DNA of 64,000 bases from an uncultured Candidatus Saccharibacteria bacterium (GCA_964552045.1 CAZKFF010000001.1:120-64119); one strand, 5' to 3'; shown: positions 36,740 to 47,156, counted from the stretch's first letter. The notes: a model not told the origin generated them from the letters alone. Numbers and translations: made by a program.

Positions 36740-37771
36740 TTATTCGTGTTCCATTGCCGATTCGTACGCTCCGGTATCCGCAAGGCTATTGAGGCGCAGT
36801 CGCTTCAGTAGTGCCTCCTGCGCTGCAGGAATGTTCTCTTCCTTGCCCTGCCAGGTCTTCAAAACCGGCTCCTCAATGCCGCGTGAATACGAGAATGCAA
36901 ACTCCCATGGCAGATCATCTCGCTTGTTCTCCTGTTCTGCGATCGCGTCGAGGTTCGCTGTCGCACGTTCGGGAGTCTGGCCACCGGAGAGGAATACAAT
37001 GCCGCCGACATTCTCCGGCACAGCGTTCTTGAAGGTGCGCAACGTGGCTTCGGCCACTTCCGCAGGAGCAGTCTGGTCCGGATGTTCGCTTCCGGCGAGG
37101 ACCATGCTGCTTTTGAGGATAAGGCCCCTGCAATCGACTTTTTGTTCATCGAGGGCGTCGAACACGATCTGGAGTGTCTGTGTAGTGACCGCCTCGGCTC
37201 TGCGCAGATCGTGGCTTCCTGCATGCAGCACCTCAGGTTCGACCATGGGAACGATACCCGCTTCCTGACAGAGCGCGGCATACCGTGCGAGTGAAAACGC
37301 ATCAGCCCGGATATTCTCGATGGTGGGGGTCGATGCGCCGATAGTAATGACCGCCCTCCATTTAGCTGCGCGCGCACCCATATTGTAGTAATCAGCCAGG
37401 CGTTTGCTCAGATCATCGAGCCCTTGGGTCACCACTTCCCCGGGAAAATTGGTGTGCGGTACAGTGCCCTTATCCACCTTGATGATGGGGATGATGCCCT
37501 TCGCGATCAAAAGGTCGGCGAACACCACTCCGTCATCAGTATGATTGCGGATGGTGCCGTCATGCATGATGACACCGGTGACATACTGCTCAATGCCCAT
37601 AGTGGTGAACAGAAGCTGGCGGTACTTCCGCCGCATCTCCGCTTCTTCCGGAACGCCCACAGCCTTCAGCTGCCTGTTCATTGATGTGGGACTCTGGTCC
37701 GCTGCCAAGATACCCTTTCCTTTTGATACGAGAGCCTGCGCAGTATCGTACAGTTTTTGATGATCAGCCAT
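36740..37771 (-). CDS. Class I fructose-bisphosphate aldolase
   Basis: KGILAAD, IKVDKG, AKWRAV, PMVEPEV, ILKSSMV, FLSGGQ, FSYSR. Confidence 0.95.
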   Translation of the reverse strand: MADHQKLYDTAQALVSKGKGILAADQSPTSMNRQLKAVGVPEEAEMRRKYRQLLFTTMGIEQYVTGVIMHDGTIRNHTDDGVVFADLLIAKGIIPIIKVDKGTVPHTNFPGEVVTQGLDDLSKRLADYYNMGARAAKWRAVITIGASTPTIENIRADAFSLARYAALCQEAGIVPMVEPEVLHAGSHDLRRAEAVTTQTLQIVFDALDEQKVDCRGLILKSSMVLAGSEHPDQTAPAEVAEATLRTFKNAVPENVGGIVFLSGGQTPERATANLDAIAEQENKRDDLPWEFAFSYSRGIEEPVLKTWQGKEENIPAAQEALLKRLRLNSLADTGAYESAMEHE

Positions 37772-37822
37772 ATCTCTAGTGTAACGCGTCCTGTTGTGGA
37801 AAAAGCGTCGTAATGTGAGCAA

Positions 37823-38593
37823 CTATGCCCTGATCTTCCACCCGATCTTGAAAAGATACACCACTAACGTACCCAATCCGAACAGAAGCGTGAGGATGAC
37901 CGCCAATCCGATCAGTGGATCGGCTTCGCTGACATCGATCATGCTCTTGCGTATGCCGTTTATGAAATAGAAGAATGGATTGAGGAGTGTAATGGTCCGT
38001 GCAAGTTCAGGGAGCATGGTAAGTGAATAGAAAATGCCGCCAAGATAGGTGAACGGCGTGATGATGAATGTATTGAGCATCTGCAGCTGTTCGAAGCCTT
38101 CTGCCCACAGCGCAACCAGCATGCCGAGCATCGCGAAGATCGCTGCAACTGCTGAGATGTAGAACACGAACTCCAGAGGGTCATTGAGTGTCACCGCGCC
38201 GAAGAGGAGTCCCACTACAATGATGAGAAATGCGACCATAAGCGCGCGGATGACTGCGGCGAACACGAATCCGAATATCATTTCTATGTATGAGAACGGT
38301 GCAATAAGGATCTCTTCAATACCGCGCGAAAAACGCATGAAGTAGAGCGCTGAGGAGGCACTCGCAAACGACGCGTTGATAATGGAAAGCATCAGAATGC
38401 CCGGAAAGACGAACGTGATATACGGTACGCCGTTTATCTCATCAATAGCCGATCCGATGACGCTGCCAAATATGAATATATAGAGCCCTGCAGATATCAC
38501 CGGAGCAGCAAGCGTCTGAATGACCACGCGGAAGGTGCGGGTTATTTCCCTGCGCACGAATGTTCCGAGACCGATCCAATTTATTCCGTTCAT
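37823..38593 (-). CDS. ABC-2 exporter permease (YadH-like)
   Basis: REITRTFRVVIQTL, Y..F..PG, YLGGIFYS, NPFFY.I. Confidence 0.9.
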   Translation of the reverse strand: MNGINWIGLGTFVRREITRTFRVVIQTLAAPVISAGLYIFIFGSVIGSAIDEINGVPYITFVFPGILMLSIINASFASASSALYFMRFSRGIEEILIAPFSYIEMIFGFVFAAVIRALMVAFLIIVVGLLFGAVTLNDPLEFVFYISAVAAIFAMLGMLVALWAEGFEQLQMLNTFIITPFTYLGGIFYSLTMLPELARTITLLNPFFYFINGIRKSMIDVSEADPLIGLAVILTLLFGLGTLVVYLFKIGWKIRA

Positions 38594-38594
38594 A

Positions 38595-39335
38595 TTATTT
38601 CGCATTCGATGAACCAGTAATCTCCAAATACCGTTCTTCGAGGCTCTTCCCTCCCTCAAGGAACGATTCCTTCGTGCCCTCCGCGACGATTTTTCCATGG
38701 TTGATGATGCCGATGTACTCGCACAGATGCTGCACCTCCTCAAGATAATGCGACGTAAGGATGATCGTCTTGCCGCTTTCGTTCATCTCCTGCAGATAAC
38801 GCCATAGCTGGCGGCGCTGTTCGACATCGACCCCGGCAGTCGGCTCATCGAGAATAAGCAGATCAGGCGTATGCACCAGGGCCCGGCCGAGCATGACGCG
38901 GCGCTTGAGTCCGCCCGAGAGCTTCTGGAACTTCACATTGCGATGCTCCTCCAGATCGAACTGCGCGATCAGCTCATTGACCTTTGCGTCGCGCTGCGCT
39001 TTAGGCGTACCATAATAACCTGCCATGTAGTCCATCAGCTGCGCTGGGGTTGAGAAGATGTCAACATTGAACTCCTGCGGAGAGAGACCTACCTTTGTAC
39101 GAGCTTTTTTATATTCCTTCACTACATCGGTCCCATCAACGAGAATTGATCCGGAAGTCGGCTGGGCAATGCCGGTGATGCAGTGGATGGTCGTCGATTT
39201 CCCTGCACCATTCGGACCGAGCAGTCCGTAGAACGTTCCGCGTGGTATAGTCAGAGAAAGATCGTCAACGGCAACCTTATCGCCGTATCTCTTCGTCAGA
39301 TTTTTGATCTCGAGCATCGGTGTTGCGTTTTGCAT
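38595..39335 (-). CDS. ABC exporter ATP-binding subunit (YadG-like)
   Basis: GPNGAGKST, LSGG, ILDEPTAGVD, SHYLEE. Confidence 0.95.
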   Translation of the reverse strand: MQNATPMLEIKNLTKRYGDKVAVDDLSLTIPRGTFYGLLGPNGAGKSTTIHCITGIAQPTSGSILVDGTDVVKEYKKARTKVGLSPQEFNVDIFSTPAQLMDYMAGYYGTPKAQRDAKVNELIAQFDLEEHRNVKFQKLSGGLKRRVMLGRALVHTPDLLILDEPTAGVDVEQRRQLWRYLQEMNESGKTIILTSHYLEEVQHLCEYIGIINHGKIVAEGTKESFLEGGKSLEERYLEITGSSNAK

Positions 39336-39358
39336 GGCGTAAGTTTACCATGCGTTTT

Positions 39359-40096
39359 ATGACGCAAGAAGAGCGGTGGCTTCTGGAGGCGTACGGCGGC
39401 AAAAAAACCTCCGGTTTTTTTGCCGCCTTCAAACGCCTGCAGCAGGGCGAACCGCTCGCGTATATCATCGGAAGCATTCCATTCCTCAATACAACCATTT
39501 ATCTTGATTCCCGGCCGCTTATTCCTCGCGCCGAAACAGAATATTGGGTATCGCTGGCAGTGGACGATATACGGCAATCCGGCATACAAGCGCCGAAAGT
39601 GCTCGACCTGTGCGCCGGCTCCGGCTGTATTGGTGTGGCTGTCGCTCATCACATTCCTCAGGCAATGGTGCACTTTGCTGAAATCGACCGGATACACCAC
39701 GACACGATCAGAAAGAATATCAGGAGCAATGGCATAGATGAGTCACATACGGACGTTATGGGCGGAAATCTGTTCGAAGCAGCACTCCCGCCGTACGATT
39801 ACATTCTTTCGAATCCTCCCTATATACCTGAGGGAAGCGAACGTGTCGCCCAAAGTGTCAGGGATCATGAGCCGAAGCTGGCTCTCTACGGCGGCAAAAA
39901 CGGGACAGATATCATTGCACGCATCCTCACACACACGCCGCATTATCTTGCCGCAACCGGCACCCTCTTTATCGAGCATGAACCCGAACAGTCTGCAGCG
40001 ATCGCCATACTTGCCCGTAAAAACGGTCTGGTCGCTGTTACACACAGCGACCAGTACGGCGTCTCTCGCTACAGCACAGTTGCTGTGGCACAATAG
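39359..40096 (+). CDS. prmC: Release factor glutamine methyltransferase
   Basis: GEPLAYIIG, LIPRAETE, DLCAGSGCIG, SNPPY, EP..AL.GG. Start uncertain (39350 or 39359). Confidence 0.9.
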   Translation: MTQEERWLLEAYGGKKTSGFFAAFKRLQQGEPLAYIIGSIPFLNTTIYLDSRPLIPRAETEYWVSLAVDDIRQSGIQAPKVLDLCAGSGCIGVAVAHHIPQAMVHFAEIDRIHHDTIRKNIRSNGIDESHTDVMGGNLFEAALPPYDYILSNPPYIPEGSERVAQSVRDHEPKLALYGGKNGTDIIARILTHTPHYLAATGTLFIEHEPEQSAAIAILARKNGLVAVTHSDQYGVSRYSTVAVAQ

Positions 40097-40107
40097 AAGG
40101 AACACGT

Positions 40108-40314
40108 ATGGCACTTGATGCATTTTTATCTACCGGACTGCAGGCGCTTTTCTATCTCATCACGCTCATCTTTGTTTTGTATTCGCTCTTCATCGCCTAC
40201 CACTGGTTCACCTACGGCAGCAGCAGAACAACCGCGACAATTTCTTTGGCCATCTACCTCCTGGTGAGCGCGCCGCTTTTCCTGACTATGGCGTTCAGTC
40301 TGAGTGTCCTGTAA
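40108..40314 (+). CDS. Small two-TM membrane protein
   Basis: Hydrophobic ORF with YHWFTYG, in an operon with prmC. Confidence 0.7.
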   Translation: MALDAFLSTGLQALFYLITLIFVLYSLFIAYHWFTYGSSRTTATISLAIYLLVSAPLFLTMAFSLSVL

Positions 40315-40318
40315 AAAT

Positions 40319-40858
40319 ATGATATTTGAAAAAATCCAGCTGGAAGAAGACGAAGCGGTCATTGCGCTCATCAGGCGTCATTGGTTCTATGTATTCAAGC
40401 AGGTCATGGTTATCTTTGTACTTATGCTCATGCCCGTTTTCGTCCCGCTGCTTTTGCATTCCTATCCCGCTGTCTCCGCTCTGCTCGCGTCCTATACGCC
40501 GCATCTGTTTTTCCTCTACGCATTCTGGCTTTTGCTGCTTTGGATGATGCTCGCCATGATCTGGACCGACTATTATCTGGACATATGGACCATCACGAAT
40601 CGGCGCATCATCAAGGTCGACCAGATCGCACTTTTCAGACGTCAGACGGCGAGCTTCCGTCTGGAGCGGTTGCAGGATATACATGTCGAAATAAACGGCA
40701 TCATCGCCACGCTTCTTGATTATGGGACCATACACGCAGAGACAGCGAGCGGACATGATGACGATTTCACCGCAGTGTATATGCCGAAGCCGCAGGAGAT
40801 AAAAGCGCTCATACTCAAAGCGTCCGATGCACTCATAGAAAAAACGCCGGCCGTTTAA
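40319..40858 (+). CDS. Membrane protein with bacterial PH domain
   Basis: RRHW, two TMs, WTITNRRII, LQDI, DYGTI..ETA. Confidence 0.8.
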   Translation: MIFEKIQLEEDEAVIALIRRHWFYVFKQVMVIFVLMLMPVFVPLLLHSYPAVSALLASYTPHLFFLYAFWLLLLWMMLAMIWTDYYLDIWTITNRRIIKVDQIALFRRQTASFRLERLQDIHVEINGIIATLLDYGTIHAETASGHDDDFTAVYMPKPQEIKALILKASDALIEKTPAV

Positions 40859-42327
40859 AAGGAGAACCTTCGCACTTTCCAGTAGAGGTCTTCTTCCAGA
40901 ACCTCTCCGAGATACATCTTCCCGTCTGGCAGGAACAATTTACTCTCAGTCATACTTCCTGCACTCACAATGGGAACATCATTCCAGACAGCACTCACCT
41001 TCAGCATCGCATCAAGCTGGTACTCAAGCGAAAAGGGGTCTGTGAACCACGAATGAGAGATCGGATGGGCGATGAAATCAGGATATCGATAGTGTTGCGC
41101 CATGCGCACGCCGTACGGCACCATGGTCTCGAAGCAGAACAATATACCCGGCAGATGCTGCGGATATGAAGCCTCATCATGTACTGTTCCGGGCTCAAAA
41201 CGGGTGAAATCCTCCACGTGTGCCATCTCTTCGTCGCTTAAGAAGAACGAGAGCAGGAACCGGTACATATATGACAGATATTCACCCTGCGGGACCAGAT
41301 AGCGCTTGTCGAAAAAATAAGCCGCATTATCCCGGAGATCGTACATATGTGCACGAAGAACATCCACGCCGCGGTCATCAACCGCCGGGCCGCTGTCGAC
41401 GATGACGGTATCTGTCTTCTGCGTCTGCGCGTGCGCCCACAAAAGCAGTGCCTCTGTATCAGTGAATGCGCTTTCGAGCTGTGCGTCTTCCGACAAAATG
41501 ATCGTATCGGGTCCGTTGCGGAGTGCGCTCCCGACCGCCTTCTTCAATTCCTCATGCTTGACCTGTGCCGCACCTTCCTGCGATTCAAACCGATGGCTGA
41601 AATAGGTCTCAATCGCGATCACTTCCCTTCCAAGGGTTGCGTGTTCATGAACAGTGACAACAGGAAGGAGCATAGACGCGGCAACTGCAACCGTCGTAAT
41701 CACGACGGTTGCAGCCTGCGTGCGTCTGCTGTGTACACACAAGATGAACGTGCACGTACCGATGAGTGCAGCAATATATGAAAGACCATATACCCCCGCA
41801 ATTGCAGCAAGCTGCAGCATGTGTGGCTCCTCTGCGAGCAGATAACCCAGATAGCCATAGCTGAATCCCATGTTCAAAAAACTTCCCGGGCCGAATGCAT
41901 ACACAGAAAACAGGAATGATCTGAATATCTCAGTTGCCACCCACAACAGCGGGACAAACAACAGCGTTCTCGGAACGTTCAACATGCACGCCCGGGTAAT
42001 GACTGCGAATACTCCCCCACTTATGCCCATGGCGCTTGAGGTGAGCACCCAATAGACACCGATGGCTGCAAGCTGGATAACAACCGGAGCCTCTGCCAAC
42101 CACTGTATGGGAAAGGTGCTCCATACCCAAAAGAATGATCCGCCGTAATGCAACGTCCCAGCAAGCGTCCCGTAGAGGAACAGCCGCATAGGCGACCGCT
42201 CAAGGCGCACGCCATATAAGAAAAAGAAAAGACCAGGTATGAAACACCAGAAGCAGGCAGAGTAGACGAACGAGACCGCAAAAAACAGGCCGCTTAAGGT
42301 GAAGGCAGGTAATGGACGTATCCGCAT
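40855..42327 (-). CDS. lnt: Apolipoprotein N-acyltransferase-like protein
   Basis: Multi-TM N-terminus (LWVATE..R, G.YGLS). Nitrilase triad LSED / DKRYLVPQGEY / LFCFE. TATAAT lies 6 nt before ATG 42327. Confidence 0.75.
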   Translation of the reverse strand: MRIRPLPAFTLSGLFFAVSFVYSACFWCFIPGLFFFLYGVRLERSPMRLFLYGTLAGTLHYGGSFFWVWSTFPIQWLAEAPVVIQLAAIGVYWVLTSSAMGISGGVFAVITRACMLNVPRTLLFVPLLWVATEIFRSFLFSVYAFGPGSFLNMGFSYGYLGYLLAEEPHMLQLAAIAGVYGLSYIAALIGTCTFILCVHSRRTQAATVVITTVAVAASMLLPVVTVHEHATLGREVIAIETYFSHRFESQEGAAQVKHEELKKAVGSALRNGPDTIILSEDAQLESAFTDTEALLLWAHAQTQKTDTVIVDSGPAVDDRGVDVLRAHMYDLRDNAAYFFDKRYLVPQGEYLSYMYRFLLSFFLSDEEMAHVEDFTRFEPGTVHDEASYPQHLPGILFCFETMVPYGVRMAQHYRYPDFIAHPISHSWFTDPFSLEYQLDAMLKVSAVWNDVPIVSAGSMTESKLFLPDGKMYLGEVLEEDLYWKVRRFSF

Positions 42328-42380
42328 GGGTCCATTATACGGCACGCGTCGTATCAAAGAGGTGCGGCGCTGCATACAGC

Positions 42381-42428
42381 AAAAAGGCGGTGCACAGCAT
42401 TTCCTTAAAGGAAATGCTGTGCACCGCC
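42381..42428 (-). terminator. Terminator with 21-bp perfect arms
   Basis: ggcggtgcacagcatttcctt-a-aaggaaatgctgtgcaccgcc, followed by T5 on the minus strand. Confidence 0.75.
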
Positions 42429-42438
42429 GCTCGCGCAC

Positions 42439-42969
42439 CTAGCCGCCCGCTTTGAACGCGGGACCGGTCATGTCTTCGAAGTAGAAGAACCGGAGTGTGT
42501 CGTCGCCCACAGACCGCAGCGCGATGCCCGCAGGGGCCATGTCAACCGCGCGGATAAGGAGATGCGCCGGCCGGTGATCCAGATCCTTCCTGCTCGGAGG
42601 AAGGGTGAATGTGGTTTCCGTGTTGCCGGCGATCTCGTCAGCGACAGGAATGAAGCTCGACACGATGTAGTTGAGGTCCGAGACGAACCAGTCGAACTGT
42701 TCCTGAGAATCGAAGACCTGCGCCACCTCCACGGCAGCTCCGTCGTCGAAGGTGAAGTAGAGACCCTTACAGACCCAGAGCTTGAAGTCGCCCTGCGTTG
42801 TTTCGGTCACACTCCCGTCTTCAGCGTAGCTGAGCGTGCCATATTCACCGTCAAACCGTGCATTGCAGCCGGAAGCTTCGTGAGTGGCCTCCTGCGCCGC
42901 AGCGTACGAAACGACGGCGGGAGCGAAGAATACCGCAAGGCATGCAGCCGTGCGAAGAAGTGTATGCAT
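42439..42969 (-). CDS. Secreted hypothetical protein
   Basis: TTGACA-17-TACAGT (43044-43016), ggagg SD, signal peptide MHTLLRTAACLAVFF...AAA. Confidence 0.7.
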   Translation of the reverse strand: MHTLLRTAACLAVFFAPAVVSYAAAQEATHEASGCNARFDGEYGTLSYAEDGSVTETTQGDFKLWVCKGLYFTFDDGAAVEVAQVFDSQEQFDWFVSDLNYIVSSFIPVADEIAGNTETTFTLPPSRKDLDHRPAHLLIRAVDMAPAGIALRSVGDDTLRFFYFEDMTGPAFKAGG

Positions 42970-43145
42970 GTCCGCCTCCATGGCGTTTTGTAAATAACTG
43001 GATAGACCTGACTGAACTGTAAATTGTAAATCAGTGTTTGTCAATACCTCTCTATGAAGCCCGTATGAAGCAAAAAGAGCGATGCGCTGAGCTTTCGAAA
43101 GAAAGCATGTGCGCATCGCCCTTGCCTACAATGTGCTCGCATACT

Positions 43146-43397
43146 TCACCACACAGTGAAGTCGGGAGCGACGCAGAGATCCTCGTTCTCCGGAGTTTCC
43201 TCCAGAGTGAAGACGTACTCGTCTTCGCCGACCTTCTTCAGGCCGGCGTCGGCGCAGTACACCTGCTCGCCCTCCGCGATCTGCAGCACGATGGGCTCAT
43301 CGACGAAGAGGTCGTCGATGACGATCTCATCAGCAATGGCCGCCGGTGCAATGCTGAGCATCAGAACCGCAAGTGCGGCAACAGTGACTTTGGACAT
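43146..43397 (-). CDS. Small secreted acidic protein
   Basis: TTGACA-17-TATAGT (43472-43444), aggagg SD, signal peptide ending AIA. Confidence 0.7.
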   Translation of the reverse strand: MSKVTVAALAVLMLSIAPAAIADEIVIDDLFVDEPIVLQIAEGEQVYCADAGLKKVGEDEYVFTLEETPENEDLCVAPDFTVW

Positions 43398-43604
43398 CTG
43401 TCCCTCCTGTAAAGTTCTCGATCAGCTATTGATCTTGAAGACTACTATATACTATTTAGAACATTTTGTCAAGTAATCAGCAAGAGCCCGTATATAACAC
43501 GAAACGCGGCTCCGAGGCAAAGAACACCCAACTGAGCCGTTTTCTGAGCCGCATAGTACCTGTCAGTATTTGCAGAAACGCACAGCCTCCCCTACAATCT
43601 TCAT

Positions 43605-44837
43605 ATGAGCAAAGAAAAACTCCCCACGGAGCCCTACAAGGGTGTCCGTGACTTTTACCCTGAAGATATGGCTGTACTGCAGTACATTTTTTCTGTATGG
43701 TCGCACACAGCAGAATCGTTCGGTTATGAGCGGTATGACGCTTCGATCCTCGAACCCGCTGAGCTCTACCGCAGCAAGACAAGCGATGAAATAGTCAATG
43801 AGCAGACATATACCTTTATCGATCGCGGTGGCCGTGAAGTTACGCTCAGACCTGAAATGACTCCAACAGTCGCGCGCATGATCGCTCAACGCCGCCGGGA
43901 TCTTTCCTTTCCGGTACGATGGTATTCGATCCCGAACCTGTTCCGTTATGAGCGCCCACAGCGCGGTCGGTTGCGCGAACACTACCAGCTCAACTGCGAC
44001 ATGTTCGGTGCAGACGATTACACGGCAGACGTCGAACTGATCGCGCTCGCTTCGCAGATGCTCTTGAATTTCGGCGCAGAGCCCGACATGTTTGAAATAC
44101 GTCTCAATGACCGTAGCTGGCTTGATGCGATATTCAGCGATTACGGATTCACTGTGGAAGAGAAACAGCGGATGCTCGCACTCCTTGACCGCAAAGAAAA
44201 GATCGACAACTTCGACGAAGAAGCGCAAAAGATCGCCGGCAGACCCTTCGTACTGCCTGAGCAAATTGCGGAGGACAGCAATCTTGCTCGGGTGCGCGCA
44301 GGACTGCGTGAACTCGGCATAGAAAATGTCAGGATCTCACCTTCGACCGTACGCGGATTTACATACTATACGGGTACTATCTTTGAGATCTTCGATGTAT
44401 CCGGAGAGAATAAGCGATCACTTCTTGGCGGCGGACGCTACGATGATCTCACGGGACTGTTCAGCTCCGAGCCGATCTGCGGCATCGGTTTTGGAATGGG
44501 CGACGTCACCATGCGGGATTTTCTGGAGACGCACAACCTGCTGACCTCGCACATCACTGCTCCGCTGTTGGCTATCATCCCGACCGACGCTCGGCTCAAT
44601 CTGGAAGGTCAGCGCCTCGCCCAGGAATTCCGCTCAGCAGGCATCTCTGCATCTGTTGATATTTCAGGCAAGAAGATCGGCAAGAAAATAAGTGATGCTG
44701 CGGAAGCATTTGTCACGTATGCGCTCGTGCTCGGTGATGATGAGATGCAGTCGCACATCTTTACGGTGAAAAACCTCGGGGAGAAAACTGAATTCTCTGG
44801 TACACTTGCAGAACTTATTGCTAATATTGCTGCATGA
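43605..44837 (+). CDS. hisS: Histidine--tRNA ligase
   Basis: KGVRDF, LRPEMTP, FRYERPQRGRLRE, RGFTYYTG, GGGRYD. Confidence 0.97.
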   Translation: MSKEKLPTEPYKGVRDFYPEDMAVLQYIFSVWSHTAESFGYERYDASILEPAELYRSKTSDEIVNEQTYTFIDRGGREVTLRPEMTPTVARMIAQRRRDLSFPVRWYSIPNLFRYERPQRGRLREHYQLNCDMFGADDYTADVELIALASQMLLNFGAEPDMFEIRLNDRSWLDAIFSDYGFTVEEKQRMLALLDRKEKIDNFDEEAQKIAGRPFVLPEQIAEDSNLARVRAGLRELGIENVRISPSTVRGFTYYTGTIFEIFDVSGENKRSLLGGGRYDDLTGLFSSEPICGIGFGMGDVTMRDFLETHNLLTSHITAPLLAIIPTDARLNLEGQRLAQEFRSAGISASVDISGKKIGKKISDAAEAFVTYALVLGDDEMQSHIFTVKNLGEKTEFSGTLAELIANIAA

Positions 44838-45412
44838 TGCGCTACGTAGTCTTTGATCTTGAAACACAGAATATATTCCAGGACGTCGGCTCAACCGATG
44901 TGACTTCGCTTGATATCTCAGTAGCGAGCATGTACGACTCTGTTGAGGATACATACACGACCGTAAGCGTAGACGAACTTCACACGCTGTGGCCGATCAT
45001 AGAAAAGGCGGATGCGCTTGTGGGATACAACAGCAATCATTTCGATATTCCGTTGCTCAATAAATATTATCCGGGCGATCTGACCCACATCAAAAGCATT
45101 GATATTCTCGAATCAATACGTGAGTCCCTTGGCCGACGGTTGCGACTTGATTCTGTTGCGCAGGCGACCATAGGTGCGAAGAAGAGCGCAGACGGGCTCC
45201 AGGCTGTGCGCTGGTGGCGCGAAGGTAAGATTAATGAGATCAAAAAATACTGTGAACAGGATGTTCGTGTCACCAAAAAGGTCTTCGATTATGCCTTAGC
45301 CCACGGCCATGTGCTCTTCAAGGACGGGTACCGCAAACGAGAGATACCTTTGGATACCTCTTCATGGAGCGTCAAGGAAGATGCGACGCTTACGCACTCC
45401 CTCCCCTTTTGA
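44834..45412 (+). CDS. RNase H-like / DEDD exonuclease-domain protein (YprB-like)
   Basis: VFDLET, GYNSNHFD, YCEQDV. Confidence 0.85.
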   Translation: MMRYVVFDLETQNIFQDVGSTDVTSLDISVASMYDSVEDTYTTVSVDELHTLWPIIEKADALVGYNSNHFDIPLLNKYYPGDLTHIKSIDILESIRESLGRRLRLDSVAQATIGAKKSADGLQAVRWWREGKINEIKKYCEQDVRVTKKVFDYALAHGHVLFKDGYRKREIPLDTSSWSVKEDATLTHSLPF

Positions 45413-46222
45413 TCAACCGAAGAAGAAGACGAACACTACGAATCCTGCGAGAATGATACGATACCAGATGAATGGCCAGAGCGTGTGCGTGCGGACGAAG
45501 CCGAGCAGAAAATGAATTGCAAGAAGCCCGGTAATGAATGCAGTGACTGAACCGATGAAGACCGGACCCCACGCAATGGGAGCATCAGAAACGATCAACT
45601 CGAGCAGTTTTTTCAGACCTGCACCGGTGATTACCGGCAATGCCAGCAAGAACGCGAAGCGCGCAGCTTCTGGGCGTGACAACCCCATGAGCATACCGCC
45701 CGCTATGGTTGCACCTGAACGGGACATTCCGGGAATGAGCGCGAGCACCTGAAACAGTCCGATCTTGAAGCCCGAGAGTACGGTTACCTCGTTGGTGCGG
45801 ACGGTGGTCTGGTATTTATATTCCGCATAGATGAAGAACAGTGAACCGGCGACCAAAACGCCTGCAACAAGAAGCGGCGAACGGAAGGTGGATTCCATGA
45901 CCGATTCAAGCAACAGTCCGAAGATCACTGCGGGAATGGTTGCTATCATAAGCGCGTACAGCAGTGTCTCTTCTTTCTTATTCACCGGCAGTCTCCCCAA
46001 TTTTCGTAGCCCTGTCTGCGTCAAAAGCCAGATGTCGGGAAAGAAATACACGAATACAGCAGCAACAGTTGCAAGCTGCAGGACTGCATCCACTGCAAGC
46101 CCCTGCGCGTCATTGAGACCAAAAACCGTACGGGCGAGAATCAGGTGTCCTGTTGATGAAACGGGCAAAAATTCGGTCAGACCTTGGACGATACCCAGGA
46201 AGAGTGCCTCTATCGTTGTCAT
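45413..46222 (-). CDS. uppP: Undecaprenyl-diphosphate phosphatase
   Basis: QGLTEFLPVSSTGH and PGMSRSG. Confidence 0.95.
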   Translation of the reverse strand: MTTIEALFLGIVQGLTEFLPVSSTGHLILARTVFGLNDAQGLAVDAVLQLATVAAVFVYFFPDIWLLTQTGLRKLGRLPVNKKEETLLYALMIATIPAVIFGLLLESVMESTFRSPLLVAGVLVAGSLFFIYAEYKYQTTVRTNEVTVLSGFKIGLFQVLALIPGMSRSGATIAGGMLMGLSRPEAARFAFLLALPVITGAGLKKLLELIVSDAPIAWGPVFIGSVTAFITGLLAIHFLLGFVRTHTLWPFIWYRIILAGFVVFVFFFG

Positions 46223-46318
46223 ACCTGTATTGTAGCCTTATATAGAGGCATTTTCCAAGGAGCATCCTGTACAATTGTGGTATACTGCAGGCATATACAC
46301 TAAACACATCAACATATT

Positions 46319-47110
46319 ATGGATGAACGCACTCCACAGGAAGCTGTAGAACCACAGACCCCTCCGATTGCCGCAGCAAAACCGACGCGCAATTCTCTTG
46401 CCATTCCCGTCTCGATCGTGTTCGGATTTGCCCTGGTAGCAGCAGCTGTATTCTTCAATGGCAACGCGCTTCCTTTTGTTTCACCCGCAGACAATGACGG
46501 CACGCTTTTGGATACTGAGGAGCCGACAACAGGTGAGATACGCGCCGTTGATGAGACAGATCATGTGCGCGGCAATCCCAATGCACCCATTGTCATGGTT
46601 GAATACTCAGACTATGAATGCCCGTTCTGCAAGAACTTCCATGAAACCATGCGTCAGATCATGAACGCGTACGGTACGGACGGAAAGGTGGCATGGGTGT
46701 ACCGTCACTTCCCGCTCGAACAGCTTCACCCGAGCGCGCCGTATATCGCGCAAGCGTCTGAATGTGTAGCTGAGCTCGGCGGCAACGATGCGTTCTGGAA
46801 ATTCACCGATCTGGTGTTTGGCGAACGGGCAGCTAATGAACCGACCAATACCGCACGTCTGACCGAATTTGCAACAACCGCCGGGGTGAGCGGCACAGCC
46901 TTCGACGCCTGCGTTGCCGAGGGTCGCACCAAAGCGCGGGTAGAGGCTGACTTCGCCGATGCGGTTAAAGCCGGCGGCAAAGGTACGCCGTATACGCTTG
47001 TGCTCGTCGGCGGACAGCAGGGCGTTATAAGCGGCGCACAGCCGTATGCGACAGTAAGCAAAATCCTTGATACGCTCATCGAACAGATCGAAGGCGGGAC
47101 TCAGGAATAA
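46319..47110 (+). CDS. Membrane-anchored DsbA-family oxidoreductase
   Basis: EYSDYECPFC, YRHFPL, GTP, GAQPY. Confidence 0.92.
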   Translation: MDERTPQEAVEPQTPPIAAAKPTRNSLAIPVSIVFGFALVAAAVFFNGNALPFVSPADNDGTLLDTEEPTTGEIRAVDETDHVRGNPNAPIVMVEYSDYECPFCKNFHETMRQIMNAYGTDGKVAWVYRHFPLEQLHPSAPYIAQASECVAELGGNDAFWKFTDLVFGERAANEPTNTARLTEFATTAGVSGTAFDACVAEGRTKARVEADFADAVKAGGKGTPYTLVLVGGQQGVISGAQPYATVSKILDTLIEQIEGGTQE

Positions 47111-47115
47111 TGCCG

Positions 47116-47156
47116 AATGACAAAGCCCGGCGCCAAAGGCGCCGGGCTTTGTCATT
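47116..47156. terminator. Bidirectional terminator (19-bp arms)
   Basis: aatgacaaagcccggcgcc-aaa-ggcgccgggctttgtcatt. Confidence 0.75.

Noticed and set aside
36406-36792. 128-aa plus-strand ORF
   Set aside because: It is an off-frame shadow of rpmG (36528-36707) and runs through its promoter and terminator.
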